A DNA stretch of 64,000 bases, from contig QPMI01000071.1 of NCBI GenBank assembly GCA_004431415.1, positions 186,001-250,000 of the forward strand, given 5' to 3'. The stretch comes from Cyanophora paradoxa CCMP329. Its lineage: Eukaryota > Plantae > Glaucophyta. Both the position numbers and the translations under genes were made by a program. The notes under the pieces were generated by a model. That model did not search any database. It was given only the letters and a program-made list of their open reading frames with translations, and was not told the origin of the DNA. How positions within the stretch are numbered: the first letter of the stretch is position 1; each line of letters opens with the position of its first letter. Below, in pieces: positions 1-9,727 of this stretch.

Positions 1-1
1 T

Positions 2-160
2 TCCTTTTACCACGAACCGAGCGCAAGCATCCCTTTCGTAAATGTCACATCGCAACTCGATTTAGATCGTCTCACAATTTCGCTTCGAAAATGGCGGGGC
101 TCTGTTGCGGATATAAACGGTCTCTCATACTCGTTTCAGCTGGAAGTGATCACGGATTAA
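2..160 (+). CDS. C-terminal fragment of a probable minor capsid protein (penton, single jelly-roll)
   Basis: Frame 2 is open from the window edge to TAA at 158-160: SFYHEPSASIPFVNVTSQLDLDRLTISLRKWRGSVADINGLSYSFQLEVITD*. This resembles the L..L.I.L....G...D.NG...SF.LE terminal strands of PLV/virophage pentons. It is absent from the ORF track because it is 5'-partial. Confidence 0.6.
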   Translation, partial: SFYHEPSASIPFVNVTSQLDLDRLTISLRKWRGSVADINGLSYSFQLEVITD

Positions 161-167
161 GCGCTGT

Positions 168-1661
168 TCACACGTAGTAGCCCTCGAAATCTATTCGGCA
201 TGCCGAAGCTACGTTCGTCGTGAGCACCCAGATTACGAGGGTTCTCACAGATCTCGGGTTCGCTAAGAAATGTTCGTCGGGATCAGCACTTTCGGCTATT
301 TGATTTGCATTGGTAAACACTCTCGTCGCGCCGGCTTCTGTGTATGTGACAAGCGCCGAAACTCCCGGAGTTAATTGGTAATCGATCTCAAACGTTTTAA
401 TGTAGTTTCCATTCGCAGCCGGCTTCATTTTTATAGAGGAAAGCATAAACAGACGCGGGAAATCGATGCGTAAGTAATTGCCTCCCGACCTACTACCTTG
501 CGGCGGGTTTGTAAATCCCACCCATCCCGTAGCATTTGACCAGCGGGCATCAGAAGCTGTGCCAAATTCCGCAATAAAGGCGCTATTATCGAGCGGCACC
601 CAGTTAGACTCCGGGGGTGCGCTTACATCTGTGCACCCGGACAGATTAATTATGGGAACATCGCCCTCTGAGATATTCATCGTCAGCACTGAATACATCG
701 CATTAAAATACGTTTGCTGTGCGGAAACAAACGCGAGCGCTTCCGTTTCCAAATATTGCAGGTGACTCGTTGTGATAGTATCGAGGGTCATTTTATCTTT
801 CGGTAAAGGAACGCTCAGCTTATAGTAGCGATCGTAATTCTGATCATCGTTTCTGGGTAAAAGTTCCAGTAGCTTTACGTGGGCGTTTAGATCACTCGAC
901 TCTAAGAACATGCTGAGAATTGGCGATCCTGTGGCGCTTAGCATCCATTGCACGATCCCCCAATTTTTCATAGTGTCGTACGAATATCCCGCGGTTGCTT
1001 TATCGGCGTCTTGGACGTGACCCGCCGTAATCGAGACCACGATTAGCTCCTCCTCGCAAGAGTTTCCGAATAAAGTGCGGGCGAATGTGTAACCACAAAC
1101 CCCGGGCGAATTATTTCCACTCATGCAACCATCAATTAAACAGTATGTTCTTCCGGCGACTGTGACTTGTTTCGGCTCGAAATAGGTCGGAGCAGCCGAG
1201 GTAGCCCTTGCAGCATCGCGCACAAGCATCCCATTAATATCTTCATCGTTGCTTGAAATAAAAACGGGGGACATTTGAACCGTGTCGAACGCAGTTACTA
1301 TGGTGGGTTTGTAGAGATCCGCCATAGTCGCTGAGCCGCAAAGTTCCAGAGCCACAGCTTCTAAATTCGTGGCTTCATACTTGGGGCGTTGCACAATCGA
1401 TGTAAGCACTCGTGGATTCGCGAAAATCAGCGGTAGTTTCGCTTTGTAGAGCGCCAGAATATCAGTGGCAGTATATTTAGGGGCGCCATCGGTTCCCTTG
1501 ATATTCAATAGGAGCGCGATTAATCCACCTGTGGATGTTCCCGCAAAGCAGTCGAATAGCTGTTGGATTCGTTTACCGGTTTGGGCTTCAATCTGTGCCA
1601 GTATAGCAGCCTCGATTATTCCGCGCGACCCCCCTCCACTCAAAGCGAGGCAGGTCTTCAT
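168..1661 (-). CDS. Patatin-like phospholipase with C-terminal discoidin (F5/8 type C)-like domain
   Basis: LSGGGSRG oxyanion loop, AGTSTGG nucleophile motif, ATSAAPTYF and IDGC (DGG variant, Asp retained). The C-terminal ~130 aa (YLRIDF...IKTFEIDY...VFTNAN...RTLVIW...CRIDFEG) follows a discoidin pattern. Confidence 0.9.
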   Translation of the reverse strand: MKTCLALSGGGSRGIIEAAILAQIEAQTGKRIQQLFDCFAGTSTGGLIALLLNIKGTDGAPKYTATDILALYKAKLPLIFANPRVLTSIVQRPKYEATNLEAVALELCGSATMADLYKPTIVTAFDTVQMSPVFISSNDEDINGMLVRDAARATSAAPTYFEPKQVTVAGRTYCLIDGCMSGNNSPGVCGYTFARTLFGNSCEEELIVVSITAGHVQDADKATAGYSYDTMKNWGIVQWMLSATGSPILSMFLESSDLNAHVKLLELLPRNDDQNYDRYYKLSVPLPKDKMTLDTITTSHLQYLETEALAFVSAQQTYFNAMYSVLTMNISEGDVPIINLSGCTDVSAPPESNWVPLDNSAFIAEFGTASDARWSNATGWVGFTNPPQGSRSGGNYLRIDFPRLFMLSSIKMKPAANGNYIKTFEIDYQLTPGVSALVTYTEAGATRVFTNANQIAESADPDEHFLANPRSVRTLVIWVLTTNVASACRIDFEGYYV

Positions 1662-1704
1662 TATCTTATATACTTCTTATATATCTTCTTTGTTTATAAA
1701 GAGG
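1662..1704. promoter_or_regulatory. Putative compact bidirectional viral promoter
   Basis: 43-bp very AT-rich spacer (TATA-like runs, TTTATAAA) between the divergent ATGs at 1661(-) and 1705(+). Confidence 0.4.
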
Positions 1705-4700
1705 ATGTCGTTCCTGAATCCGCGACCAGATGCACGAGTAATTAATTCGACCACGCAAATAGAAGACAGTGATCAAGTAAACACCGAAATTCGCGGGTCT
1801 CTGAGAATAAACTTCAATGCAGACCGCGAAGATCCAGTCAGTGGGACACCGAGCAGACCCGCAGCTTTGCAGTTAATGAACGTCGAGAAAGGGGATCATA
1901 AACTTGGAATCGACTTTTTACTTGATGATAACGAACGAAACAGAGTCGCCAGCATTCAGGCAACCCGCCAGCTACCGAAAACGGTGCGATATAATCGTAG
2001 GAACATCCCAAAAGCATTCGATAGAGGTCGCTTAAACTTCTTCATTCAAGATGAGAGCGGTTTCCAAAATGCAGCTATGAGAATCGTGGATAATAGCACA
2101 CTTATAGCGGGAGTATCCACACGAAAAACAAAGGTAGAGGTCGTCCATGATCTCTCAGCAGGTAATCTTACGACGAGTAATATTACAGCAAGTAACATCA
2201 CTACGGATACCCTAAACGTAAACTCGCTTAACTCCGAGTCGTTTTTCGCCACCAATGTCGCAACCTGTAACCTAAACATCGAATCCTTTGTGATTCAGAA
2301 GAGCGAATCGGTTCCCCAGATAACAGAGGGTGTTTTCACATTAGACCCCGCGAAACCGACCTTAGAAATTGTCGAAAATGGGAACGTTGTGGATATAATT
2401 GGCGCCAATGCTCCGAATGTGAGATCCTTAGCACTTGATAAAACGACTATATCATTTGCAGAGGAGATTCCGGCTTTTACCACAGAGAAACAGGCACTGA
2501 GAACAGATCATGTTTACATTACCAGAGACAATATAAACGATCTTTTAGGCAAGGACATCGTAAAGGCGTTTTTGGAGTTCGAGAGGAGCAAGAACACCAA
2601 AGATTCCAGCCAGGATGGAACCCTCACGACCCACACTACTGAAATCGCGGCTTTGCAATCCGAAATTAATGCTCTGTTTGCAGCAGATGGAGCGCTTGCA
2701 ATTACCTTAGCCCATATTCTATCGAAAAGGAACATTTACCCCGCGACTGACAACACATACCGAGTTGGTTTATCGAATCTGAGATGGTCAGAGGTGCATG
2801 GAGTTTCCATGTTTGCCTCCAATTTAATCCTTCCATTTAATCACTCACTCCGACCCAATCAGATTCTCACCAGTGAAAATGCACTGATCAGCTACACTGA
2901 CTTTAATAGTAACCTTTCCCGCTCAGTTTCGCGGACTGAGACCTACGAGGTCACAGGCTACCCGCAGAAATTCGCAGGTCTCGAAGTTTATGTAGTTTAT
3001 GCAGACAGTCCCACATACACATTTACTTGGGATCAATTGGGTGTCACAGGTTTCGAGACTTTACCTACGGTTACCTTGGTCGATCATACAGTTTACTTTA
3101 ATCAAATCACTTTGACTGATGAATATAACAAGGCATATGTCCATAATATCACCTCCACAGGGTTTCAGGTTTTGTTCCAATATGTTGGAACTAATACTCT
3201 CATTATCCGGAACTCGTCACTGAACACCATAGCTAATCTGAGTTTCACTCTTACTGTCAATTATGTCACCCCTGTATTCGATAGCAAACCCAGAGTAAAG
3301 GTTTACCGAGATTTACAAGGTAGCAATATCGTGCCCTTCTCACAGAATTTCGATCTTGGCGCGAACTCTTTAAGGTGGAACACAGTTTATTCTTTGAGTG
3401 CAAACACCTGTAATATTGTAGTCGCAGGTTCATCGGCTACTATTGGAGATCTGACCGCGCCTTTTAGAAAGGAGTATCTTAAAGAGCTGTATATAACAAA
3501 GTCTGATTTACCAGATGCTATTTCGTTGGTGCTCTCCCCGACTCCCAGCATCTCATACCACAATGTAAAAGACACAAGTAATGTAGTGCAGAGGGGAAGT
3601 AAAGTATTCCAGGCATCCGAAATAGGATCGGTCTCATATAGATATCTTGCAGGGGTTCCAGCGAGTTTTAATTTCACATTTGAGTCTCCATTTGTCTCTC
3701 CTCCTACCATTGAAATTACAGACCCGAATCTGTATGTGGTCAATGATGGCTCATCTACCTCTCTTCAAAATGCACCAGCTGGCTACTCCCCTTTTGTTGC
3801 AACTAACATAACAACCACCGGCTTTACGCTCGTGGGAAATGCAACAGTGACATATGCTTTATCAGGGTATCCTATTGGGTTGTATTTTGCGAAATTTAAT
3901 CTCTCTGTTATCCCAGCAGTTTCCCTTTCTCCTCCCTTCACTGTGAGTTGGAAGGCAACAGGAACTATTCCGCGATTTGACCCCGAAGACCGATTAAAAA
4001 TAAGGTATCCTCTCGATGTTACCGACATTCATACTACGAGGATCAATGGGCAGAACTTCGTATTTAATGGAACCAATGCTACTCTGATCGATAATCGAGT
4101 TACAAATAATTACTTTTTCGATTCTCGATACATTAATACTTGCAACATTGTCATACATAAAACGTTTGAGGATCGCAGTAAGACCTTAACAGTCACCTTG
4201 CCCACTCATTCGAATGTCTCAGATGGATTTTACTATTATCTGTTAAATCGCTATTACACCTCTTATATTCCATATCCTTCTGAGACTGTCAGCATGAGCT
4301 ATCCCAAAGTCACCCTAACATCGACCAATGCTGACTTCTTTGGATCCACAGACTTCATGAGAGACTTCTTTTATTTTACATCCTCCACAGATGGTCTCTT
4401 AGTTTATTACTCTTACAAATATGAGTCTATTGCTACCCAAATCGAAAGCCACCCAAACACTGATGTGATCACAGCAGGCGATAAGAAATATATAAAAACC
4501 GCTTCCCCATGGGTTTGCACTGTCCGGCTCGATGACAGATACACTCCTAACCTAAATAACATTGGATTGCACTCGACATGCAATATTTATGTGCAAGGTG
4601 CGATTTCGGCTACCAAATATTATGAGGGCGGAAATTGTGATACAGGACATAGGTTGCTATCGCGAAATGGACTCTTTGAGTCATTCAGTGGGACGGCTCT

Positions 4701-5415
4701 ACCGCCTTTTATCAGGGATACAGTATATGATACCACATGCAATATTTGGGTGTGTCGATCTGTGAGCAATCCACCTGTGACACAGGAATTATACAAGTAT
4801 CTCGCAGATACCTATGGTGCAATCTCAGGATCCTCCACAGGAAATCCAGCGACGGCTCCTATCGTGTTTGCGAATGCATACACAGCGCCAACCTCATTAG
4901 CAGGGTCGACGGAACCGCCCCCAGATTCAGATCCTAACTTGCCTCCTGATGAGTCAGACCCACAGACCCCACCTACCACTGATCCTACAACACCTAATAA
5001 TCCCACAAATCCTACGAATCCAGTCGGAGCACCGGGAACTGATCCAGGAACGTTAGTGCTTATGATTCTCTTGCCGATTCTCGGTGCTCTTGGGCTTGTG
5101 CTTGCATACAAATTCCGAGCTTTATGTTGTGCTTGCATAGACAGAACCATTGCAGGTGCAGGTAATAAATACTCGGTGCCAGAAATGAATGTGACCCAAA
5201 CAGCCGAAGGAGATGTGGGGTTAGAGGTGAGGTCAGCCGAGGGGCATGGTCTTAGTGTTGTGAGAACTGATCAACCACCAGCAAGTAGGGCAGCACCCAA
5301 AAAATCGCGAGCACAAGAATTGGCAGAGCAAACGATGAATAATGATAGAGACTTTATGGCGGAAATGGCACAGCGAGAAGGGAGAATATATGAACATGTT
5401 CCAAACGTTATGTAA
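1705..5415 (+). CDS. Large fibre/virion-like protein (1,236 aa) with Pro/Thr/Asn stalk and C-terminal TM helix
   Basis: First in-frame ATG is at 1705; the track's 1465 start overlaps the patatin gene. Fibre-type motifs NIYPATDNTYRVGLSNLRW and NIVPFSQNFDLGANSLRW, five TCN[I/L] motifs, a PPDSDP/NPTNPT linker, then LVLMILLPILGALGLVLAY-KFR-ALCCAC and a ~95-aa tail. Confidence 0.8.
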   Translation: MSFLNPRPDARVINSTTQIEDSDQVNTEIRGSLRINFNADREDPVSGTPSRPAALQLMNVEKGDHKLGIDFLLDDNERNRVASIQATRQLPKTVRYNRRNIPKAFDRGRLNFFIQDESGFQNAAMRIVDNSTLIAGVSTRKTKVEVVHDLSAGNLTTSNITASNITTDTLNVNSLNSESFFATNVATCNLNIESFVIQKSESVPQITEGVFTLDPAKPTLEIVENGNVVDIIGANAPNVRSLALDKTTISFAEEIPAFTTEKQALRTDHVYITRDNINDLLGKDIVKAFLEFERSKNTKDSSQDGTLTTHTTEIAALQSEINALFAADGALAITLAHILSKRNIYPATDNTYRVGLSNLRWSEVHGVSMFASNLILPFNHSLRPNQILTSENALISYTDFNSNLSRSVSRTETYEVTGYPQKFAGLEVYVVYADSPTYTFTWDQLGVTGFETLPTVTLVDHTVYFNQITLTDEYNKAYVHNITSTGFQVLFQYVGTNTLIIRNSSLNTIANLSFTLTVNYVTPVFDSKPRVKVYRDLQGSNIVPFSQNFDLGANSLRWNTVYSLSANTCNIVVAGSSATIGDLTAPFRKEYLKELYITKSDLPDAISLVLSPTPSISYHNVKDTSNVVQRGSKVFQASEIGSVSYRYLAGVPASFNFTFESPFVSPPTIEITDPNLYVVNDGSSTSLQNAPAGYSPFVATNITTTGFTLVGNATVTYALSGYPIGLYFAKFNLSVIPAVSLSPPFTVSWKATGTIPRFDPEDRLKIRYPLDVTDIHTTRINGQNFVFNGTNATLIDNRVTNNYFFDSRYINTCNIVIHKTFEDRSKTLTVTLPTHSNVSDGFYYYLLNRYYTSYIPYPSETVSMSYPKVTLTSTNADFFGSTDFMRDFFYFTSSTDGLLVYYSYKYESIATQIESHPNTDVITAGDKKYIKTASPWVCTVRLDDRYTPNLNNIGLHSTCNIYVQGAISATKYYEGGNCDTGHRLLSRNGLFESFSGTALPPFIRDTVYDTTCNIWVCRSVSNPPVTQELYKYLADTYGAISGSSTGNPATAPIVFANAYTAPTSLAGSTEPPPDSDPNLPPDESDPQTPPTTDPTTPNNPTNPTNPVGAPGTDPGTLVLMILLPILGALGLVLAYKFRALCCACIDRTIAGAGNKYSVPEMNVTQTAEGDVGLEVRSAEGHGLSVVRTDQPPASRAAPKKSRAQELAEQTMNNDRDFMAEMAQREGRIYEHVPNVM

Positions 5416-5452
5416 CAACCTTAATTTTTGTAGTATTGCATAATAGAGTATA

Positions 5453-8400
5453 ATGACTGAACCCATAGTAGAAACGACAATAAAGAATGCTGTATTGGAT
5501 AATAATTTTTATATAACCCACGCCAATATACCCAGTGAATCCAATGACCTGATAGTAGATCTAAAAGGGTATGTGATGGGAGCTATGGCTTCCAACCTGT
5601 GGAATGACATTTTTGGTTACGAGTTTGGTCACATATATGACATAGCAAATGGGATTGGCTATGTGGATGCAATGGCAGGAACAGCCTTTCGAAATCTAAA
5701 TGGCAACTGTGTGGGAGGGTGGATGTTTCAGATCTGTTCAAATGTCGATCCTACTATTGATCCAGCTACTGTGACCTTTGATTGCAATCTATTCGCCCCT
5801 AAAACCATATTCTCCATCACTTGCAACCTTGTATGTTCAGATGTGCCCATTGTAGCACCTGTAATAGGTGCAAATAATATATATATACGGAAAGAAGCTG
5901 TTGTTACTTCAAATGTGGTTCAGGGTTGGATCCAAAACCACACACACACGAAGTCCCAAATAACAGACTTCGATCACACTCATTTATGGGAACATATCAC
6001 AAATCCGCCATTAACCTTCCCACCTGCTACACACACTCATGATTATTCCCAGATCACCAACAGCAACCACACTCACACCAAGTCAGAGATCACAGATTTT
6101 GCACACAATCACTTGTGGGAACATATCACAAATCCGCCATTAACCTTCCCACCTGCTACACACACTCATGATTACTCCCAGATCACCAATAGCAACCACA
6201 CTCACACCAAGTCAGAGATCACAGATTTCGCCCATACTCATTTATGGGAGCATATCACAAATCCTCCCTCAACCTTCCCACCAGGAAAACACTCCCATGA
6301 TTATTCAGAGATTACCAATAGCAACCATAGGCACCCATGGAGCGAAATAGACGAACAGCCAGTTTTTGCACAATTGAATGCAATCGGAAACGTTTTTAAT
6401 GGAGTCACACTTTACCAATCGATTAATACACCTGAAAGGCTATTTTTGAATGATCATTATGTTAGTCTGAATGGGTCGTTTACAGGTGAAACAGGCACAC
6501 CGATGGTGGGAACTCTTGCAGTAAGATTACCCAGGGATCCAATTGTAAATGGAGTTTATGATGGCGATTTTAATGTAGGAGTAAATGATACTTTCCCCAG
6601 TATCTATGTCACGAATTATCACCCAGGGGAAACAGGACAAGTAGAGAATTTTTCAGCAGCTATTCAAATAAACGTTACAGATCAAAGCGCATATGATGGA
6701 GCAAGACCTAAAATAGTATTCACAAGGGAGAAAGTCGTTAACTATCTTCCCGTTGCGGGACAACCCACAGATGATCACGGAAAATGTGAGATGGCGTGGA
6801 TTAAAACGACATCAGGTGGCGCCTTAGAAGTCAATCAGAGAATGGCGGCGAAAAACTTACACAATACAACCCTTTCCGGTGTTGTTACAGATGATTACTT
6901 AGAAAACAAAGATTATGTTACAAATACAGAATTACAGTTAGCTGTTACAGATTTTGTTACAGATACCGAATTAACATCAGCTCTTGCGAATTATCTACCT
7001 CTCACAGGTGGAACTGTAACAGGAACTGTGAATGCTACCACTTTACAAATTGGTGGAACCACAATACCAAAAGGTTACGATTTTGACCAATTAGATGTTA
7101 TTTCGACAGATAGAAGCGCAAATAATTGGAATTTAGGATGGACAGCAAGAACAGGACAAGCAGGATGTTATACAACACCACAAAATGATGAAGATTGTAG
7201 CGCTTGTTTTATGCGTTGGACAGTTCCAGAAGGTATGAAATCATTTTACATTCAGCATATGCCGTGGGCGAATTGTCGATATTATGATATCTACGGACAA
7301 ACAGCCAATAATAACCAGCATTTCTTAAAACGTATAAATGCATATCAGGGAATCCAGGCAGTAAATCAAGATGGGACACATAATACTGTTTTGTTTGCCT
7401 CAATCAACTGTGAGTTTTACACAAAGATATTTGTTAAAGGTGGAAAAGGTCGCATTCATCTTACAGGTGTTTTTGGGTGGAGTAGACAGAGAGCAACCGA
7501 CAATGAATTGGGCATGATCTCTTGGGATAATATATTTAGCAAACCATCATTTTACTCAGCCGCAGACCTTCCAGCAACAGCAAAATGGACAGTGGACAAT
7601 TGGTTAAAATCAACAGACAATATAGAACGATTTTGGTTTGGAAATGGTAATACGACATATATTCGAGGTTATGGAAACTCTGATAATGTTTGTGTGGAGT
7701 TTCGCAATGGCTCCGATTTAGCAATATTAAAATCATATAATAATGGTAATTTATGGGTAGGAGGAACTTTAAATGTTACTACAAGTGTAAGCGCACCATC
7801 AATTACAGGAACTACTATAAATGCAACAACCATAGATGTTGCAACATTAAAAAGAAATGGTTATGACGTTCCGAAATTCTACGCTTTTGATGACACAGTA
7901 GCAGGTGGCGCTTATCAGTTATCGAGTGGAACTTGGATAACCGGTAGTGGGTGGCAATGGGATCCAGGATATAATTATGGAAGTTATGCATACAACAGTG
8001 AATCCGATGATATAGTAGCTCCTACAACTACTTGGATTCAATACACAATCCCAGCCGCATTAGTGAATGGGACAGCATTCCTTACTCATTTACCATGGTA
8101 TAATTGCCGTTATTTTGAGATTTGGGGAGTCCGTAGTAATGGAACGGTTGTATTTATTACGAGAGTTAATAACTATCAACCACATGACGGCAGTAGCGAC
8201 AATCACCACAACGGAGTTAATAATGTCCCTATCTTCCTTGCCGGTCGATTTACTCACATTCGTATTTATCCAAAAGTCGGAAGAGTTCACATTATGGGAA
8301 TTGGTTTTACACACGATCGCGCACATAGTAGTTCATATGGTGGACACACCGGTTTTATTCATTGGAATAATGTTTATAGTAAACCTACTATTCCTACATC

Positions 8401-9415
8401 CTATCTTTCATTAACAGATGTCACAAATTCCATTGGAAACATTACCAGTTTTGATGTGGTTTCAGGATGGAATAGTGCAACTGTTTATTTTATAGGATCT
8501 TGGGGGACAGGTTGGAAACCTACAACAGACAATCCAGTAGAAGGATTTTATAGTAACATCGAAAATGATACCACAAGTGGTGACTACATGCAAATGGAAG
8601 TTCCCAGTGGAATGCGAACATGTCATGTCCAGTATTTCTGTTGGACGAATTGTAGATATTTTGATATTGGTGGCTATCGAAATGGTAGATGGAATCACAT
8701 TATGAGAGTAAATACGTATCAAAATATTTCAAATGTAGCCGATTCAAATTGGCATGATGGGTTAACATGGACATCCTTCTTTTGTGCGAATTTCTCACAT
8801 ATTCGATTTATTGCAAGAAAGGGAAGATGTCACATTGGGATGATTGGATGGACAAAAGAAGTAGGAAGAACAGCACCAGCAAATGGTATGATCAGTTGGG
8901 ATAATGTTTTTAGTAAACCAGGAACAGCAGTATGGTCACACAACACATGGTTAGCATCAACAGATGGCTATTCACGTTTCTATTTTTCCAGTGATGGAAC
9001 AACATATATTAGAGGACATGGAACCTATGTTTGTGTGTGGAGAGATGCAAATGATTGGGATATGGCGTCATTGGATAATGTGGGGACATTTTGGGTAAGG
9101 ACACAATACCTTGCAAGTGATAGAAGATACAAAACAGATATTAAGAAGCTTACAGGCGCTTTACCAGCAATTGAAAGATTAGAAGGGGTGTCTTACAAGA
9201 AAAAGGATACCCAAAATGGTAAGACATGTTTAGGACTGATAGCACAAGATGTGGAGAAAGTGATACCAGAAGTTGTTGGAAAAGGAAAGGATGGGCTGTT
9301 AGCAATTGAATACACAGCATTGGTTCCTGTTCTCATAGAAGCTGTTAAAGAATTATCCCAGAAATGCAAGAGTTTACAAGATCAAATAGACCAAATTAAA
9401 AATGTCACAGTATAA
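5453..9415 (+). CDS. Tail-fibre-like adhesin with His-rich repeats, three homologous head domains and a C-terminal intramolecular chaperone (peptidase S74)
   Basis: HTH..S.ITDF phage-tail repeats and a YLPLTGGTVTG fibre motif. C-terminal SDRRYKTDIKKL...GLIAQDVEKVIPEVV...YTALVPVLIEAVKEL plus a coiled coil is the S74/ICA signature. Confidence 0.9.
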   Translation: MTEPIVETTIKNAVLDNNFYITHANIPSESNDLIVDLKGYVMGAMASNLWNDIFGYEFGHIYDIANGIGYVDAMAGTAFRNLNGNCVGGWMFQICSNVDPTIDPATVTFDCNLFAPKTIFSITCNLVCSDVPIVAPVIGANNIYIRKEAVVTSNVVQGWIQNHTHTKSQITDFDHTHLWEHITNPPLTFPPATHTHDYSQITNSNHTHTKSEITDFAHNHLWEHITNPPLTFPPATHTHDYSQITNSNHTHTKSEITDFAHTHLWEHITNPPSTFPPGKHSHDYSEITNSNHRHPWSEIDEQPVFAQLNAIGNVFNGVTLYQSINTPERLFLNDHYVSLNGSFTGETGTPMVGTLAVRLPRDPIVNGVYDGDFNVGVNDTFPSIYVTNYHPGETGQVENFSAAIQINVTDQSAYDGARPKIVFTREKVVNYLPVAGQPTDDHGKCEMAWIKTTSGGALEVNQRMAAKNLHNTTLSGVVTDDYLENKDYVTNTELQLAVTDFVTDTELTSALANYLPLTGGTVTGTVNATTLQIGGTTIPKGYDFDQLDVISTDRSANNWNLGWTARTGQAGCYTTPQNDEDCSACFMRWTVPEGMKSFYIQHMPWANCRYYDIYGQTANNNQHFLKRINAYQGIQAVNQDGTHNTVLFASINCEFYTKIFVKGGKGRIHLTGVFGWSRQRATDNELGMISWDNIFSKPSFYSAADLPATAKWTVDNWLKSTDNIERFWFGNGNTTYIRGYGNSDNVCVEFRNGSDLAILKSYNNGNLWVGGTLNVTTSVSAPSITGTTINATTIDVATLKRNGYDVPKFYAFDDTVAGGAYQLSSGTWITGSGWQWDPGYNYGSYAYNSESDDIVAPTTTWIQYTIPAALVNGTAFLTHLPWYNCRYFEIWGVRSNGTVVFITRVNNYQPHDGSSDNHHNGVNNVPIFLAGRFTHIRIYPKVGRVHIMGIGFTHDRAHSSSYGGHTGFIHWNNVYSKPTIPTSYLSLTDVTNSIGNITSFDVVSGWNSATVYFIGSWGTGWKPTTDNPVEGFYSNIENDTTSGDYMQMEVPSGMRTCHVQYFCWTNCRYFDIGGYRNGRWNHIMRVNTYQNISNVADSNWHDGLTWTSFFCANFSHIRFIARKGRCHIGMIGWTKEVGRTAPANGMISWDNVFSKPGTAVWSHNTWLASTDGYSRFYFSSDGTTYIRGHGTYVCVWRDANDWDMASLDNVGTFWVRTQYLASDRRYKTDIKKLTGALPAIERLEGVSYKKKDTQNGKTCLGLIAQDVEKVIPEVVGKGKDGLLAIEYTALVPVLIEAVKELSQKCKSLQDQIDQIKNVTV
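5936..6322 (+). repeat. Three 129-bp (43-aa) coding tandem repeats
   Basis: Unit starts at 5936, 6065 and 6194, with a partial unit at 6323. Each encodes NHTHTKS(Q/E)ITDF.H.HLWEHITNPP.TFPP..H.HDYS.ITNS. Confidence 0.95.
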
Positions 9416-9418
9416 TAA

Positions 9419-9727
9419 ATGACGACCTATCCACTTGGTGGATCTCCTTCTACTACTTCTCAACCTGTTGCTCTTGCATTCGATACCATCAAACTTGTAG
9501 CCGCACTACAAACTGTCGAAAAAACAATACAGCAAACTAACAAACTGTCCCCGGTTGTTCATGAATATAAAAACCTCTTGGTTAATGTCCTTGCGCAATC
9601 GGCGTATGGTGATCCCGTAGCACGTTATGCCGAATGTGATTCTAACCTTAAAGCGATGACATCAAACATCCAATGTCTAACAACCGCTTACCAATCTCTT
9701 GGATCGAATCTTATCACATTGGCTTAA
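9419..9727 (+). CDS. Small viral hypothetical protein (102 aa)
   Basis: ATG lies 3 bp after the fibre stop codon, with the same orientation and composition. No recognisable motif. Confidence 0.6.
   Translation: MTTYPLGGSPSTTSQPVALAFDTIKLVAALQTVEKTIQQTNKLSPVVHEYKNLLVNVLAQSAYGDPVARYAECDSNLKAMTSNIQCLTTAYQSLGSNLITLA

Noticed and set aside
1465-1704. N-terminal 80 aa of the 1316-aa ORF
   Set aside because: Non-ATG start that overlaps the patatin gene in antisense; the ATG at 1705 after an AT-rich spacer is more plausible.
5936-6322. Diversity-generating retroelement TR/VR pair in the fibre gene
   Set aside because: The repeats are in-frame tandem coding units, differences are not adenine-specific, and no RT is visible.
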